Positions 1 to 15,704 of a DNA stretch of 64,000 bases are shown here, piece by piece (the stretch's first letter is position 1; every line of letters begins with the position of its first letter). The stretch lies in assembly GCA_963767005.1 (NCBI GenBank), contig CAVYCN010000002.1:96001-160000 (forward strand), read 5' to 3'. The position numbers and the translations under genes are program-made. Below the pieces are notes generated by a model. That model was not told the DNA's origin and searched no databases. It worked only from the letters and a program-made list of their open reading frames with translations. The stretch is from an uncultured Actinomycetes bacterium (lineage in GTDB: Bacteria > Actinomycetota > Thermoleophilia > UBA2241).

Positions 1-285
1 GGCCACGAGCAGGGCGTCGGGCAGCTCCTCGCGCACGAGGTCAGCCACGGCGAACGTCGAGCGCGTCAGGCTCACCATCGACGAGACGCCGACGATGTCC
101 GGCCGCCACGCGACGAGCTCGGCGCGCAGGCGCTCGAGGGTCGAGAAGGTGCAGTCGAAGACCTTCGTCTCGATGGCGCGCCGGCGCAGCTGCGCGGCCA
201 GGGTGGCCACGCCGAGCGGCGGGAACAGCAGCTCGGTCACCGATCTCGTGCGAAAGTACGGAAAGACGAGCGCCACCCGCGCCAT
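1..285 (-). CDS. B12-binding domain protein, probably a radical SAM enzyme (N-terminal part; runs off window start)
   Basis: Not in ORF track. Manual translation from ATG at 285 gives MARVALVFPYFRTRSVTELLFPPLGVATLAAQLRRRAIETKVFDCTF...RPDIVGVSSMV...LPDALLVA. The PPLG, D and PDIVGVS pattern is typical of the cobalamin-binding domain of class B radical SAM enzymes. Confidence 0.8.
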   Translation of the reverse strand, partial: MARVALVFPYFRTRSVTELLFPPLGVATLAAQLRRRAIETKVFDCTFSTLERLRAELVAWRPDIVGVSSMVSLTRSTFAVADLVREELPDALLVA

Positions 286-454
286 GCGACCCCTCGTGCT
301 CGCGTTGCGACGGCCCCGGGCGCCGGCCGGACGCCCCCTGTTCCGTCACGTCCCGCTCATGATAGAGGGCGGTAAACGCCAAACGACGCCGGTCGCCCAT
401 CGTAGACTGCCGCCGACGGTCACGTCCGTGACCTTGCGCGAAGGGGGCGATTGC

Positions 455-4152
<3,698 letters not shown>

Positions 4153-4263
4153 GAGCGCCCGCTCAGGGGGGCGGGGTGGCAGCCAAGTCAGGGCCGGCGA
4201 GGCGTAGACGATGACCGTGGCCCGGTAGCTGGGGCGGGCAGAAGAGCAACCCGGGAGAGCTCG

Positions 4264-4304
4264 ACGAACGGTGTTCTTGACAAACGGCGTTCGTGAGCTA
4301 CCAT
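4264..4304 (+). promoter_or_regulatory. sigma70 promoter of tetR-MFS (probably leaderless) overlapping a putative TetR operator
   Basis: TTGACA (4277-4282), 16 nt spacer, TACCAT (4299-4304), 6 nt to ATG 4311. Two imperfect palindromes ACGAACGGTGTTCTT and ACAAACGGCGTTCGT flank or overlap the -35. Confidence 0.65.
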
Positions 4305-4310
4305 GGGCTC

Positions 4311-4991
4311 ATGGCAACGCCCACGTCACATCACGTCGTCAGCCGCCGGACACGTCCCGCCAAGAGTCCTCTGAGCCAGGAGGCGATCGTCTCGACGGCG
4401 CTGGACCTGCTCTCTCGTGAGGGCATGGCGGGTCTGAGCCTGCGCAAGGTGGCGGCCGCCCTCGACACCGGCGCCGCCTCGCTCTACGTCTACGTGGCCA
4501 ACCTCGACGAGCTGCACGCCCTGGTCCTCGACAGGGTGCTCGGCGAGGTCGCTACACCGCCGGAGCAGGACGGCGATTGGCGCTACCGGCTCAAGGCCAC
4601 GCTGCGCTCGTACTCGGAGGCTCTCTATGCCCGTCCCGGGCTGGCGCAGGTCGCGCTGTCCACCATCCCCTCGGGCCCGAACATGGTGGAGCTCACCGAG
4701 TCACTGCTCGGTCTGCTCGAACAAGGCGGAGTAGAGGCCGGCCGAGCGGCGTGGGCGGTCGACCTGCTGTTGCTCCACACCTCCGCCTTCGCGGCGGAGC
4801 GAGACAACCGGCGCAGTACCGACGATGAGATCGCGCTGCACAGGGCGCAGGAAGCGCTCGGCTCCGTCTCTCCGCAGCAGCATCCGCACATTCACGCCCT
4901 GGGTCCCGATCTCTTCTCTGGTGATCAGAGCCGCTACGACTGGGGCCTCGACGTCCTCATCAACGGAGTGCTGGGCACGCCGCGACCGTAG
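4311..4991 (+). CDS. TetR/AcrR family transcriptional regulator (TetR_C-type C-terminal domain)
   Basis: LSQEAIVSTALDLLSREGMAGLSLRKVAAALDTGAASLYVYV HTH; directly upstream of an MFS efflux gene. Confidence 0.93.
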   Translation: MATPTSHHVVSRRTRPAKSPLSQEAIVSTALDLLSREGMAGLSLRKVAAALDTGAASLYVYVANLDELHALVLDRVLGEVATPPEQDGDWRYRLKATLRSYSEALYARPGLAQVALSTIPSGPNMVELTESLLGLLEQGGVEAGRAAWAVDLLLLHTSAFAAERDNRRSTDDEIALHRAQEALGSVSPQQHPHIHALGPDLFSGDQSRYDWGLDVLINGVLGTPRP

Positions 4992-5041
4992 CTCCGCGGC
5001 GGGCTCGCCCCGCTGTCATGATCAAGAAGGAGACCACGACC

Positions 5042-6505
5042 ATGGATACATCGCGCTCCAAGACCGCACTCTCGACCCGGACCATGTGGGCGATCCTCGC
5101 CGTCGTCATCATCGCCGACGTCATGGACCTGCTCGACGCCAGCATCACCAACATCGCCGCGCCCTCCATCGTCCGTGAGCTCGGCGGCGGCGAGACATTG
5201 ATCAAGTGGCTCGGATCGAGCTACGCACTTGCCATGGGAGTGCTGCTGGTGATCGGCGGGCGGCTCGGCGACAGGTACGGGCAGCGTCGCCTGTTCCTCG
5301 TCGGTATCGGCGGATTCACGCTCGCGTCGGTGGCATGCGGCCTGTCGGTGAGCCCCGCCATGCTCATCTCGGCTCGCCTCTGCCAGGGCGCGTTCGGCGC
5401 GCTGCTCATCCCCCAGGGCATCGCCATCATGACCTCGCACTTCACGCGCGCGATGATGGACAAGGCCTTCAGCTTCTTCGGCCCGGCGCTCGGCCTCGCC
5501 ATGGTCGGCGGCCCGATCCTGGCCGGTTTTCTGATCGACGCCAATATCGCCGGCACCGGCTGGCGCGCGATGTTCCTCATCAACCTCGTGTTGGGCACGA
5601 TCGGCTTTGCCGTCGCACTTCGCGTGTTGCCACGCGACGCCGGCGACAAGGGCGTCATCCTGGATGGCATCGGCGCGAGCCTGCTCGGCGTGACGATGTT
5701 CGGGCTCCTCTTCGGTCTGATCGAGGGCTCGAGCAACGGCTGGACGGTGCTGCCGTACGTCTCCATCACCGCCGGCCTGCTCGGCTTCATGGCGTTCTGC
5801 TACCGGCAGAAGACGGCGAAGAACCCGCTGATCAAGCCCTCGCTGCTGGCCAACCGCGGATTTACCTCCGGACTGATCATGGGTCTTGCGCTCTTCTCCG
5901 CCGTCGGCGGGGTCTTCTACGTCATCTCACTCTTCCTGCAACTGGGCCTCGGCTTGACTCCGTCGCACGCGGCCCTGAGCCTGGTGCCGGTGGCACTCGG
6001 CATCGTCGTGTCCTCCGTGATCGCCATGGCGCTGATCGCCAGACTCGGCCGCCTGCTGATCTTCTGCGGCCTGCTCGTCTCCCTGACCGGGACGGGCTGG
6101 CTCCTCGCCCTCGTTTTCGGCGAGGGGGTGAGCGTCGGCCTGTGGGCCGTGGCGCCGGCGCTGTTCGTCATGGGCTTCGGCTTCGGCACCTGCTTCGGGA
6201 CTCTCTTCGACGTCGCGCTCGGCGACATTCGTCCCAGCGAGGCGGGCAGCGCCAGCGGCTCGCTGAGCGCCATCCAGCAGCTCGCCTCCGCGATCGGCGC
6301 GGCTGCCATAACGACCGTGTACTTCAGGACATTGGCGGCCTCGGGCCAGGCCCACGCGATGACGATCAGTCTCGTCGTCGTGCTTGTCGTCATCGTCGTC
6401 TGCGGCGGACTTGTGTGGTTGCTGCCGCGGGCTGCCAGGGCGGCTGAAGACCACCTGGTGGAGGCTCTTGGGGACGAGGCCGGCGGGAGCCCGGCTCAAC
6501 GATAG
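5042..6505 (+). CDS. MFS drug efflux transporter (DHA2/EmrB-QacA, 14 TM)
   Basis: DLLDASITNIAAPSI, GGRLGDRYGQRRLF, GPILAG, WRAMFLIN motifs; many hydrophobic helices; AAGGAG RBS. Confidence 0.93.
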   Translation: MDTSRSKTALSTRTMWAILAVVIIADVMDLLDASITNIAAPSIVRELGGGETLIKWLGSSYALAMGVLLVIGGRLGDRYGQRRLFLVGIGGFTLASVACGLSVSPAMLISARLCQGAFGALLIPQGIAIMTSHFTRAMMDKAFSFFGPALGLAMVGGPILAGFLIDANIAGTGWRAMFLINLVLGTIGFAVALRVLPRDAGDKGVILDGIGASLLGVTMFGLLFGLIEGSSNGWTVLPYVSITAGLLGFMAFCYRQKTAKNPLIKPSLLANRGFTSGLIMGLALFSAVGGVFYVISLFLQLGLGLTPSHAALSLVPVALGIVVSSVIAMALIARLGRLLIFCGLLVSLTGTGWLLALVFGEGVSVGLWAVAPALFVMGFGFGTCFGTLFDVALGDIRPSEAGSASGSLSAIQQLASAIGAAAITTVYFRTLAASGQAHAMTISLVVVLVVIVVCGGLVWLLPRAARAAEDHLVEALGDEAGGSPAQR

Positions 6506-6902
6506 AAGGGGTTGCGACAAGAGCTCGTCGCCCGCCGGTGGCAACGGGCTCATGTGCTCCCCGAAGTGTTCTCCGCCCGGGCGGCGATCGCCAGATCTCC
6601 CGAGCGCCCGCCGGCTGCCTGCGCGGTGAGGTTCTGGAAGATCGGCGGCATCAGGCCGGCGCCGGCGCCCTGCAGGACTCGAAAGGCGATCGGACTGTCC
6701 ACATTCCAGGCCAGGCCTTCTCAATCCCCTAGCAAGCCGAGGCCGCCGCGTCGGACGGTGTGATCCGCCGCGCCTTCAAGCACGGCATCGCCTTCTCGGG
6801 GGACTCCGCGGATGTTGCGCAGACGCCGCGATGACGGACATGGATGGCGATCTGCCCGCCGATGCCGCACACTTCTGGTCACCCGACGAAAGGAAGCTCC
6901 TC

Positions 6903-7913
6903 ATGCGCGCACGGCAACTCGGCTCCAGCGGACCTCGCGTCTCCGCCCTCGGCCTCGGCTGTATGGGGATGTCCGGAGTCTACGGCCCTGCCGACGAGAC
7001 GGAGAGCATCGCCACCATCCACGCCGCGCTCGACGCGGGCGTCACCCTGCTGGACACCGGCGACTTCTACGGCATGGGTCACAACGAGCTGCTCATCGGC
7101 CGGGCGCTTAAGGGCCGGGAACGAGGCGAGGTGACGATCAGCGTCAAGTTCGGTGCGCAGCGTGACCCGGACGGCGGCTGGCTCGGCTACGACGCCCGTC
7201 CGGCCGCGGTCAAGACGGCCCTTGCCTACACGCTGCGCCGGCTCGGCAGCGACTACGTCGACGTCTATCGGCCAGCGCGGCTCGACCCCGCGGTGCCGAT
7301 CGAGGACACCGTCGGCGCGATCGCCGAGCTGGTGCAGGCCGGTCACGTGCGCCACGTGGGGCTCTCCGAGGTCGGCGTCGACACCATCCGGCGCGCTCAC
7401 GCCGTGCACCCGATCAGCGACCTGCAGATCGAGTACTCGCTGGTCTCCCGCGGCATCGAAGAGGATATCCTGCCCACGTGCCGGGAGCTGGGCATCGCCG
7501 TCACCGCCTACGGCGTGCTGTCGCGTGGGCTGCTCAGCGGCGCCTGGTCGGCCGGTCACGAGATGGCCGGCGGCGACATGCGGGCGCACATGCCGCGCTT
7601 CCAGGGCGAGAACCTGACCCGTAACCTGGCCCTGGTCGAACGGCTGCGGAGCGTCGCCGAGGAGATGGGCGCGAGCGCGGCACAGGTGGCGATCGCCTGG
7701 GTGTCGTCCCGCGGCGAAGGCATCGTCCCGCTGGTCGGTGCACGGCGTCGGGGGCAGCTGGCTGAGGCCCTGCCGGCTCTCGACCTCGTGCTGTCGGCCG
7801 CGCAGCTGGCCCGGATCGAGGCCGCTGCGCCGGCAGGTGCCGTCGCCGGTGAGCGCTACGCGCCCGCGCAGATGGCGACGCTGGACAGCGAACGCCCGGC
7901 GACGGGAAAGTGA
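6903..7913 (+). CDS. aldo/keto reductase
   Basis: VSALGLGCMGMS, LLDTGDFYG, GLSEV, LQIEYSL, YGVLSRGLL. Confidence 0.93.
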   Translation: MRARQLGSSGPRVSALGLGCMGMSGVYGPADETESIATIHAALDAGVTLLDTGDFYGMGHNELLIGRALKGRERGEVTISVKFGAQRDPDGGWLGYDARPAAVKTALAYTLRRLGSDYVDVYRPARLDPAVPIEDTVGAIAELVQAGHVRHVGLSEVGVDTIRRAHAVHPISDLQIEYSLVSRGIEEDILPTCRELGIAVTAYGVLSRGLLSGAWSAGHEMAGGDMRAHMPRFQGENLTRNLALVERLRSVAEEMGASAAQVAIAWVSSRGEGIVPLVGARRRGQLAEALPALDLVLSAAQLARIEAAAPAGAVAGERYAPAQMATLDSERPATGK

Positions 7914-7934
7914 CACAGGCGACGGAGGCGCGAC

Positions 7935-8576
7935 ATGACCGCAAGACCACTCGAGACCCTTGAGCCCATAGCGCTGCCGGCGCCCGTGCTCGACGGTGGC
8001 CGGACTCTTCTCGAAGCGTTGAAGATGAGACGCACGTCGCGCGACATCAGCGGCGAGAAGATCCCCCTGCAGGCCCTGTCGGACATCCTCTGGGCCGGGC
8101 AGGGCGTCAATCGCGCGACGGGACCGTTCGGAGATCCCGGGAGAACGGCCGGATCGGCAAGCAACTCACAGGAGATCCGTGTCTATGTCCTCATGGAGGA
8201 GGGTACCTACCTGTACGAGCCCGGGCCGCACCGGCTGGCTCCGATCGCCGCCGGCGACATCCGTCGTCTTGCGATAGGGCGCGGGCAGCAAGACGCGGGG
8301 GCGCAAGCCCCAGTACGCCTCGTCTACGTGGTCGACATCGAGCGATTCCGGCACGCCGGGTTCCCGGAACCCGGCCTCTTCGATCCGGATGTCCAGAAAT
8401 CCTATTACTTCGTCGACACCGGCCTCGTCGCGCAGAACGTGTATCTGGCGGCGGCTGCGGCGGGTCTGGGCGCCTGGTTCCACAACTGCGACAAGGAAGC
8501 GTTCGAGCAAGCGGTCGGTTTGGGGCCCGATCTGAGGCCCGTCTTCGGGCAGACGATCGGCTACGCCAGCGAGTAG
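7935..8576 (+). CDS. nitroreductase family protein (SagB/ThcOx-like)
   Basis: ALKMRRTSRD, LSDILWAGQG, RTAGSASNSQE, DTGLVAQNVYLAA. Confidence 0.85.
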   Translation: MTARPLETLEPIALPAPVLDGGRTLLEALKMRRTSRDISGEKIPLQALSDILWAGQGVNRATGPFGDPGRTAGSASNSQEIRVYVLMEEGTYLYEPGPHRLAPIAAGDIRRLAIGRGQQDAGAQAPVRLVYVVDIERFRHAGFPEPGLFDPDVQKSYYFVDTGLVAQNVYLAAAAAGLGAWFHNCDKEAFEQAVGLGPDLRPVFGQTIGYASE

Positions 8577-8729
8577 CGGGCCCAGATCAGGTGATGATGT
8601 GTTCCTGGTCTGCTGCCCCTTGCTGGACAGCTCGCAAGCGGACGCCGCGCACCGAGGTGCCCCGTAAAATACGTCCTCGGCGGCGCGAGACGCGGCGTCG
8701 GGCAGAAGTCGCGCGAGCGGGAGGTCGGG

Positions 8730-9230
8730 ATGGCTGAGGGTGTCGTGGCGGGGCCGGTGGACGGCGAGGGCACGCGCCTGCCCTTCAGCATCGAAGAGGT
8801 GCCCTGGGAGGAGTACGCACGCGGCGAGCGCTTCGGCACTCGCTTCCGGCAGCTCGGAGCGTTCGGCGGCTGTGCACACGTGGGCGTGTGCCTCGAAGAG
8901 ATCGCGCCGGGTCGCCAGAACTACGTCATGCACTATCACTTCCTCGAGGAGGAGCAGCTGCTCGTGCTCGAGGGCCGGCCGACGCTGCGCTTGGGCACGG
9001 CATCCTATCCGCTGCAGCCCGGTAGCTACGTGGTCTTTCCCGCTGGTCAGCAGGTCGGGCACGCGCTCGTCAACGAGACCAGCGAGCCGGTGCGGTACCT
9101 CATGATCGGTGAACGGAACCCGGCCGAGGTGACGGTCCACACCGACACCGCGCGAGTCGGCGTGCGCCTCACCGGCGAGGGCTATCGCAAAGAGGACGTC
9201 ATGGACTACTGGGAGGGCGAGCGCACCTGA
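8730..9230 (+). CDS. cupin domain protein
   Basis: HYHFLEEE...VLEG and FPAGQQVGHALVN cupin motifs; GGAGG RBS. Confidence 0.85.
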   Translation: MAEGVVAGPVDGEGTRLPFSIEEVPWEEYARGERFGTRFRQLGAFGGCAHVGVCLEEIAPGRQNYVMHYHFLEEEQLLVLEGRPTLRLGTASYPLQPGSYVVFPAGQQVGHALVNETSEPVRYLMIGERNPAEVTVHTDTARVGVRLTGEGYRKEDVMDYWEGERT

Positions 9231-9477
9231 GACACGGGCGCCGGGCCGCCCGAGGCGAGCCGGCGAGCGGACGGCACAAGTGGGGCTGCCGGGCCGCCGA
9301 GAGGACGATTTCCCAGCGCTCGCCGCTTCGCAAGCAGAACATCTCCGTCCGCGATGCGGCGACCGTCGGAAGCCCCACGTGCCGGAGCAGCGGCCGCGCG
9401 CCGACGCGAGAGCTCGGGGACATCACGATGAGAACGACCCGCGCGCAGCGAGGCCGAAAGTTCCAACAACAGGGTTT

Positions 9478-9553
9478 TGGTGGAGGTAAGCGGGCTCGAA
9501 CCGCTGACCTTCTGGCTGCCAGCCAGACGCTCTCCCAGCTGAGCTATACCCCC
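9478..9553 (-). tRNA. tRNA-Ala(GGC)
   Basis: Reverse complement is GGGGGTATAGCTCAGCTGGGAGAGCG-TCTGG CT GGC AG CCAGA-AGGTCAGCGGTTCGAGCCCGCTTACCTCCACCA, with the G3:U70 identity pair and encoded CCA. Extended -10 TGGTATACT upstream (9592-9600, minus strand). Confidence 0.97.
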
Positions 9554-9854
9554 ACCGCGGGGTACGCCGGCCCGGGGGCCGGCGATCGTTGAGTATACCA
9601 TCGGGCCCTGGGCTCGCAACACGGCCGCCGTCAGGCGCGCCGCGACGTGCCCGCGACGTGGGCGGAGCGCGCCTCTCACGCGTGGCAGGCGCGCCCGCCC
9701 GGTATACTAGGCACGCGACGACGTCGCGCCGGCTCGACCGGCGACGACGACGTCGCTCGACGGACCAGGCGCCGGACAGAGAACGCCGTTGGCGTGCCTC
9801 GGACGTGCCCGAGGCACTGTTTCCCCGCATGGCGGCATGAAGGAACGAGGCAGC

Positions 9855-12350
<2,496 letters not shown>

Positions 12351-12486
12351 GCGTCGCCCGGCGCGCGGTCGTCCACTGCGCGCCGGCGAAACGCCAACCG
12401 TCTCGCGGCCGCGCGGTGCTGCGCCGCCCGCGCCGCCGCCGTAGCCTCCTGTTCGATCTCGTCGCTCGCTTGCCCGGAGGCTCGCC

Positions 12487-13110
12487 ATGGACATCTCGCG
12501 CCGTCAGGCCTACGTGTACGTCGCCCTCGCCGTGGTGGTCGCCGGGCTGGGTGCCCGGTATCTGCTGGCCTCGCACGCGAGCGCGTCGCCGGGCGGCCAG
12601 AGCGTGCTCGCCTTCGCCTCGTCGGCGCCGGCGGCCTCGCCGTCGGCTTCGAGCGCGGCCACGCCCGCCGAGATCGTCGTCTACGTGTGCGGCGCCGTCA
12701 GACGGCCCGGCGTCTACCACATGGCCACCGGCGCCCGCATCTCCGATCTCCTCGAAGCCGCCGGTGGGGCGGCGGCCAAGGCCGAGCTGCAGGCCGTCAA
12801 CCTGGCGGCGCGGCTCGCCGACGGCGAGCAGGTCGTGGTCCCCGCACAGGGGGCGTCGGTCGTCGCGGCGGCGTCGGCCGGCGCCGGCGACTCAAACGGC
12901 GGCGCCGCGGCCGCGACCGCGCCGGTGAACCTGAACACCGCCACGCTCGAGCAGCTCGACGCCCTGCCCGGAGTCGGTCCGGCGACCGCCCAGAAGATCA
13001 TCGACTACCGCACCGCGAACGGCGGCTTCAAGAGCGTCGACGACCTCAAGAACGTGTCGGGCATCGGCGACGCCAAGTTCGCCGACCTGCAGCCCCTGGT
13101 CACCGTCTAG
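12487..13110 (+). CDS. comEA: competence DNA-binding protein ComEA
   Basis: N-terminal TM, SLBB (VYVCGAVRRPGVY), HhH repeats (VNLNTATLEQLDALPGVGPATAQKIIDYR). Confidence 0.93.
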   Translation: MDISRRQAYVYVALAVVVAGLGARYLLASHASASPGGQSVLAFASSAPAASPSASSAATPAEIVVYVCGAVRRPGVYHMATGARISDLLEAAGGAAAKAELQAVNLAARLADGEQVVVPAQGASVVAAASAGAGDSNGGAAAATAPVNLNTATLEQLDALPGVGPATAQKIIDYRTANGGFKSVDDLKNVSGIGDAKFADLQPLVTV

Positions 13111-13123
13111 CGCCGCCCCGCGC

Positions 13124-15604
13124 GTGCGCGCGCCGCCCGGCGTCCACCTGCTGCTCGCCGCCTACCTGGCGGGCCTCGTCGCGGCGCTCGCCTGGCGGCC
13201 GTCGGCCACCTGCGCGCTCGTGCTCGTCTGCCTGGCCGCGGTCTGGGCGCTGTGGCGCATCACCGCCTGGCGGCGGGTCGGGCCGGAGGCGGCCCGCGCG
13301 GCGACGCTCAACCAGGAGGGGCCGCTCGAAACGGCGACCCAGCGGTCGCCCGTCCTCGCTGGGGCGGGGGTCTGGCTGCGGGCCGCCGGGGTCGTGGCGC
13401 TCGCGCCGCTGTTCGTCGTTGCCGGCCTGAACGTCGGCGCCGCGCGGCTCGACGCGCAGGCGCGCAGCACGCTTGCGGGCTACGCCGGCCACCACGAGAC
13501 GCTGCGCGCGACGGCCCTCACGTTGCCCAAGGCAGGGACCGACGGCTTCACGCTCGACGTCGAGGTCACGGCGATCGACGGCCGCCGCGTGGCCGAGCGC
13601 GCTCCGCTCAACCTTGACCTCGGCACGGGGGCGGCGCCCGACTTCACCTCGCTCGGGCCGCTGGTCGAGGGCGCGCTGCTCGGCTTGCCCGCGGTGCGCG
13701 TCAAAACACCGCCGGCGCCCACGGCGGGCCAGTTCGACTACCGGCGCTACCTGGCGCGGCGCGGCGAGCACGTCGTGCTCGCCGCGCCGCTTGCCTCGCT
13801 GCGCCTCGTGGGCCGGCGCGGCGGCCTGGCCGGCCTCATCGACCGGCTGCGCCTCGCGGCCCGGCGCCACATCCGCACCGGCCTGCGCTCGCCGGTGCGC
13901 GAGGTGCTCGAGGCCATGGTGCTCGGCGACCAGCAGGCCGTGCCGGCCGCGCAGGTCACCGCCATGCAGCGCAGCGGCCTCATGCACATTCTCGCCGTGT
14001 CGGGCGAGAACGTCGTGCTGCTCTGCAGCATGGGCACGTTCGTGCTCACCCTGGCCGGCGTGCCGCGCCGCCTGCGCTCGATCGTCCTGATCCCGTTCGT
14101 CGTGCTCTACGTGATCGTCACCGGCGCCACGCCGTCGATCGTGCGGGCCGGGGTGTCGGGCGTCGTCGCCCTGCTTGCCGACCTCGCCTCGCGGCCCACC
14201 GACGGCTGGTTCCTGTGGCTCGTGCCGGCCGCCTTCATGCTGTCGCGCAGTCCCGCGGTGATCTTCGACGTGAGCTTCCAGCTCTCGTTCGCCGCGGTCG
14301 CCGGCCTGCTGCTGCTCGCGCGGCCGCTCACGCGCCTGCTGTCGTTTCTGCCGCGCGCCTGCGGCGAGCCGGCCGCGATCACCACGGCCGCGAGCCTGTC
14401 GACCGCGCCCGTCTCGATGGCGACCTTCGGCCAGACCTCGCTCGTCGCCGTGCCGGCCAACATCGCCGGCGGCTTCGTGCTCGGGCCGATCATGTTCCTC
14501 GGCATGCTCAGCGTGTTCGTGGGCTTCGTCTGGCCCGGCCTGTCGGCGCCGCTCGACGTGGTGGCCGGTCTGTTCACCGGCTATCTGCTCACGGTCGCCG
14601 CCTGGTTCGCGCGGCCCTCGTTCGCCGTCTACCGCTGGCACGGGCTCACCCTCGGTCTCGTGCTGGCGGCGCTCTGTGGCGCGGCGATCGCCGTCGTCGC
14701 GGCGCTCGCGCGCCGCGCCGGCGTGCCGCTCACGCGCTTTGCCGCCGCGCACCGCGCGCGCCTGGTCGCCGGCGCGCTCGCGCTGCTCGCCCTCGCCCTG
14801 GTGGTCGCGCCGGCGCCGGCCGCGGCACCGGCGCTGCCCACGCTCACCGTGCTGAGCGTAGGCGAGGGCGCCGCCGCCCTGCTGCAGGAGCCCGGCGGAC
14901 CCACCGTGCTGATCGACGCGGGGCCCAAGCCGCTCTGCACCTGCCTGCGGCGCCACGGCGTGCGGCGCATCGACCTGCTCGTGCTGTCGCACGGCCACGC
15001 CGACCACACCGCCGGCCTGTCTGACGTGCTCGGTCAGATCCCCGTGACCTGCGCGCTCGTGCCGCGGCCGGTCGTCGACTCGCCGGCCCTCGACCACGTC
15101 GTCGCCGAGCTGCGCGCCGCTCGCGTGCCGGTGCGCGTCTGCACCGCGCGCCTGTCGATCCCGATCCGCGGCGGCCGGCTCGCGGTCGTGCCGACCGGTC
15201 AGAGCGGCGGCACCGACAACCAGGACGAGAACGACTGCGCACTGGTCGTCGTCGTGACGCTCGACGGCGACAGCGTCCTGCTACCCGGCGACGCCGAAGC
15301 CGAGGCGCTCGAACCGCTCCGCCTGGGTCACATCGCCGTGGTCGAGCTGCCCCACCACGGCTCAGCCGGCGGTCTCGATGACCGCCTGATCGCCGAGCTC
15401 GGGCCCCGGCTCACGCTCGTGTCGGTCGGGCCTAACCACTTCGGTCACCCCACGCCACAGATGCTCGCGCTCGTGGCGGCCCACCACCTGCCGCTGCTGC
15501 GCACCGATCGCTGCGGCGACGTCACCTTCACGGCCGAGCCCGATGGGCTTGCCGTGTCGGTGGCGCGCGGCGTGTCGCCGCGCCCGCCGGCGCGGTCGCC
15601 GTGA
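13124..15604 (+). CDS. comEC: DNA internalization competence protein ComEC/Rec2
   Basis: GQFDYRRYL, SGLMHILAVSGENV, SFQLSF, metallo-beta-lactamase HGHADH and PHHGS; follows comEA. Confidence 0.93.
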   Translation: MRAPPGVHLLLAAYLAGLVAALAWRPSATCALVLVCLAAVWALWRITAWRRVGPEAARAATLNQEGPLETATQRSPVLAGAGVWLRAAGVVALAPLFVVAGLNVGAARLDAQARSTLAGYAGHHETLRATALTLPKAGTDGFTLDVEVTAIDGRRVAERAPLNLDLGTGAAPDFTSLGPLVEGALLGLPAVRVKTPPAPTAGQFDYRRYLARRGEHVVLAAPLASLRLVGRRGGLAGLIDRLRLAARRHIRTGLRSPVREVLEAMVLGDQQAVPAAQVTAMQRSGLMHILAVSGENVVLLCSMGTFVLTLAGVPRRLRSIVLIPFVVLYVIVTGATPSIVRAGVSGVVALLADLASRPTDGWFLWLVPAAFMLSRSPAVIFDVSFQLSFAAVAGLLLLARPLTRLLSFLPRACGEPAAITTAASLSTAPVSMATFGQTSLVAVPANIAGGFVLGPIMFLGMLSVFVGFVWPGLSAPLDVVAGLFTGYLLTVAAWFARPSFAVYRWHGLTLGLVLAALCGAAIAVVAALARRAGVPLTRFAAAHRARLVAGALALLALALVVAPAPAAAPALPTLTVLSVGEGAAALLQEPGGPTVLIDAGPKPLCTCLRRHGVRRIDLLVLSHGHADHTAGLSDVLGQIPVTCALVPRPVVDSPALDHVVAELRAARVPVRVCTARLSIPIRGGRLAVVPTGQSGGTDNQDENDCALVVVVTLDGDSVLLPGDAEAEALEPLRLGHIAVVELPHHGSAGGLDDRLIAELGPRLTLVSVGPNHFGHPTPQMLALVAAHHLPLLRTDRCGDVTFTAEPDGLAVSVARGVSPRPPARSP

Positions 15605-15704
15605 GGGATATGGGGGCGGGGGCGGTCGGTGAACGTCGCATCTCACCGCGGGGCGATCAGGCCCGGGCCCCGCATGGGCGATCAGGGGAGCACCCCAGGT
15701 GGCG

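Noticed and set aside
4265-4277. LexA SOS box
   Set aside because: Spacing is GAAC-N3-GTTC rather than N4, and the position before tetR favours a TetR operator.
7935-8576. RiPP (azole) biosynthesis dehydrogenase
   Set aside because: No YcaO or precursor peptide nearby; a stand-alone nitroreductase.
9709-9854. T-box riboswitch before leuS
   Set aside because: No T-box consensus or recognisable stem I motifs.
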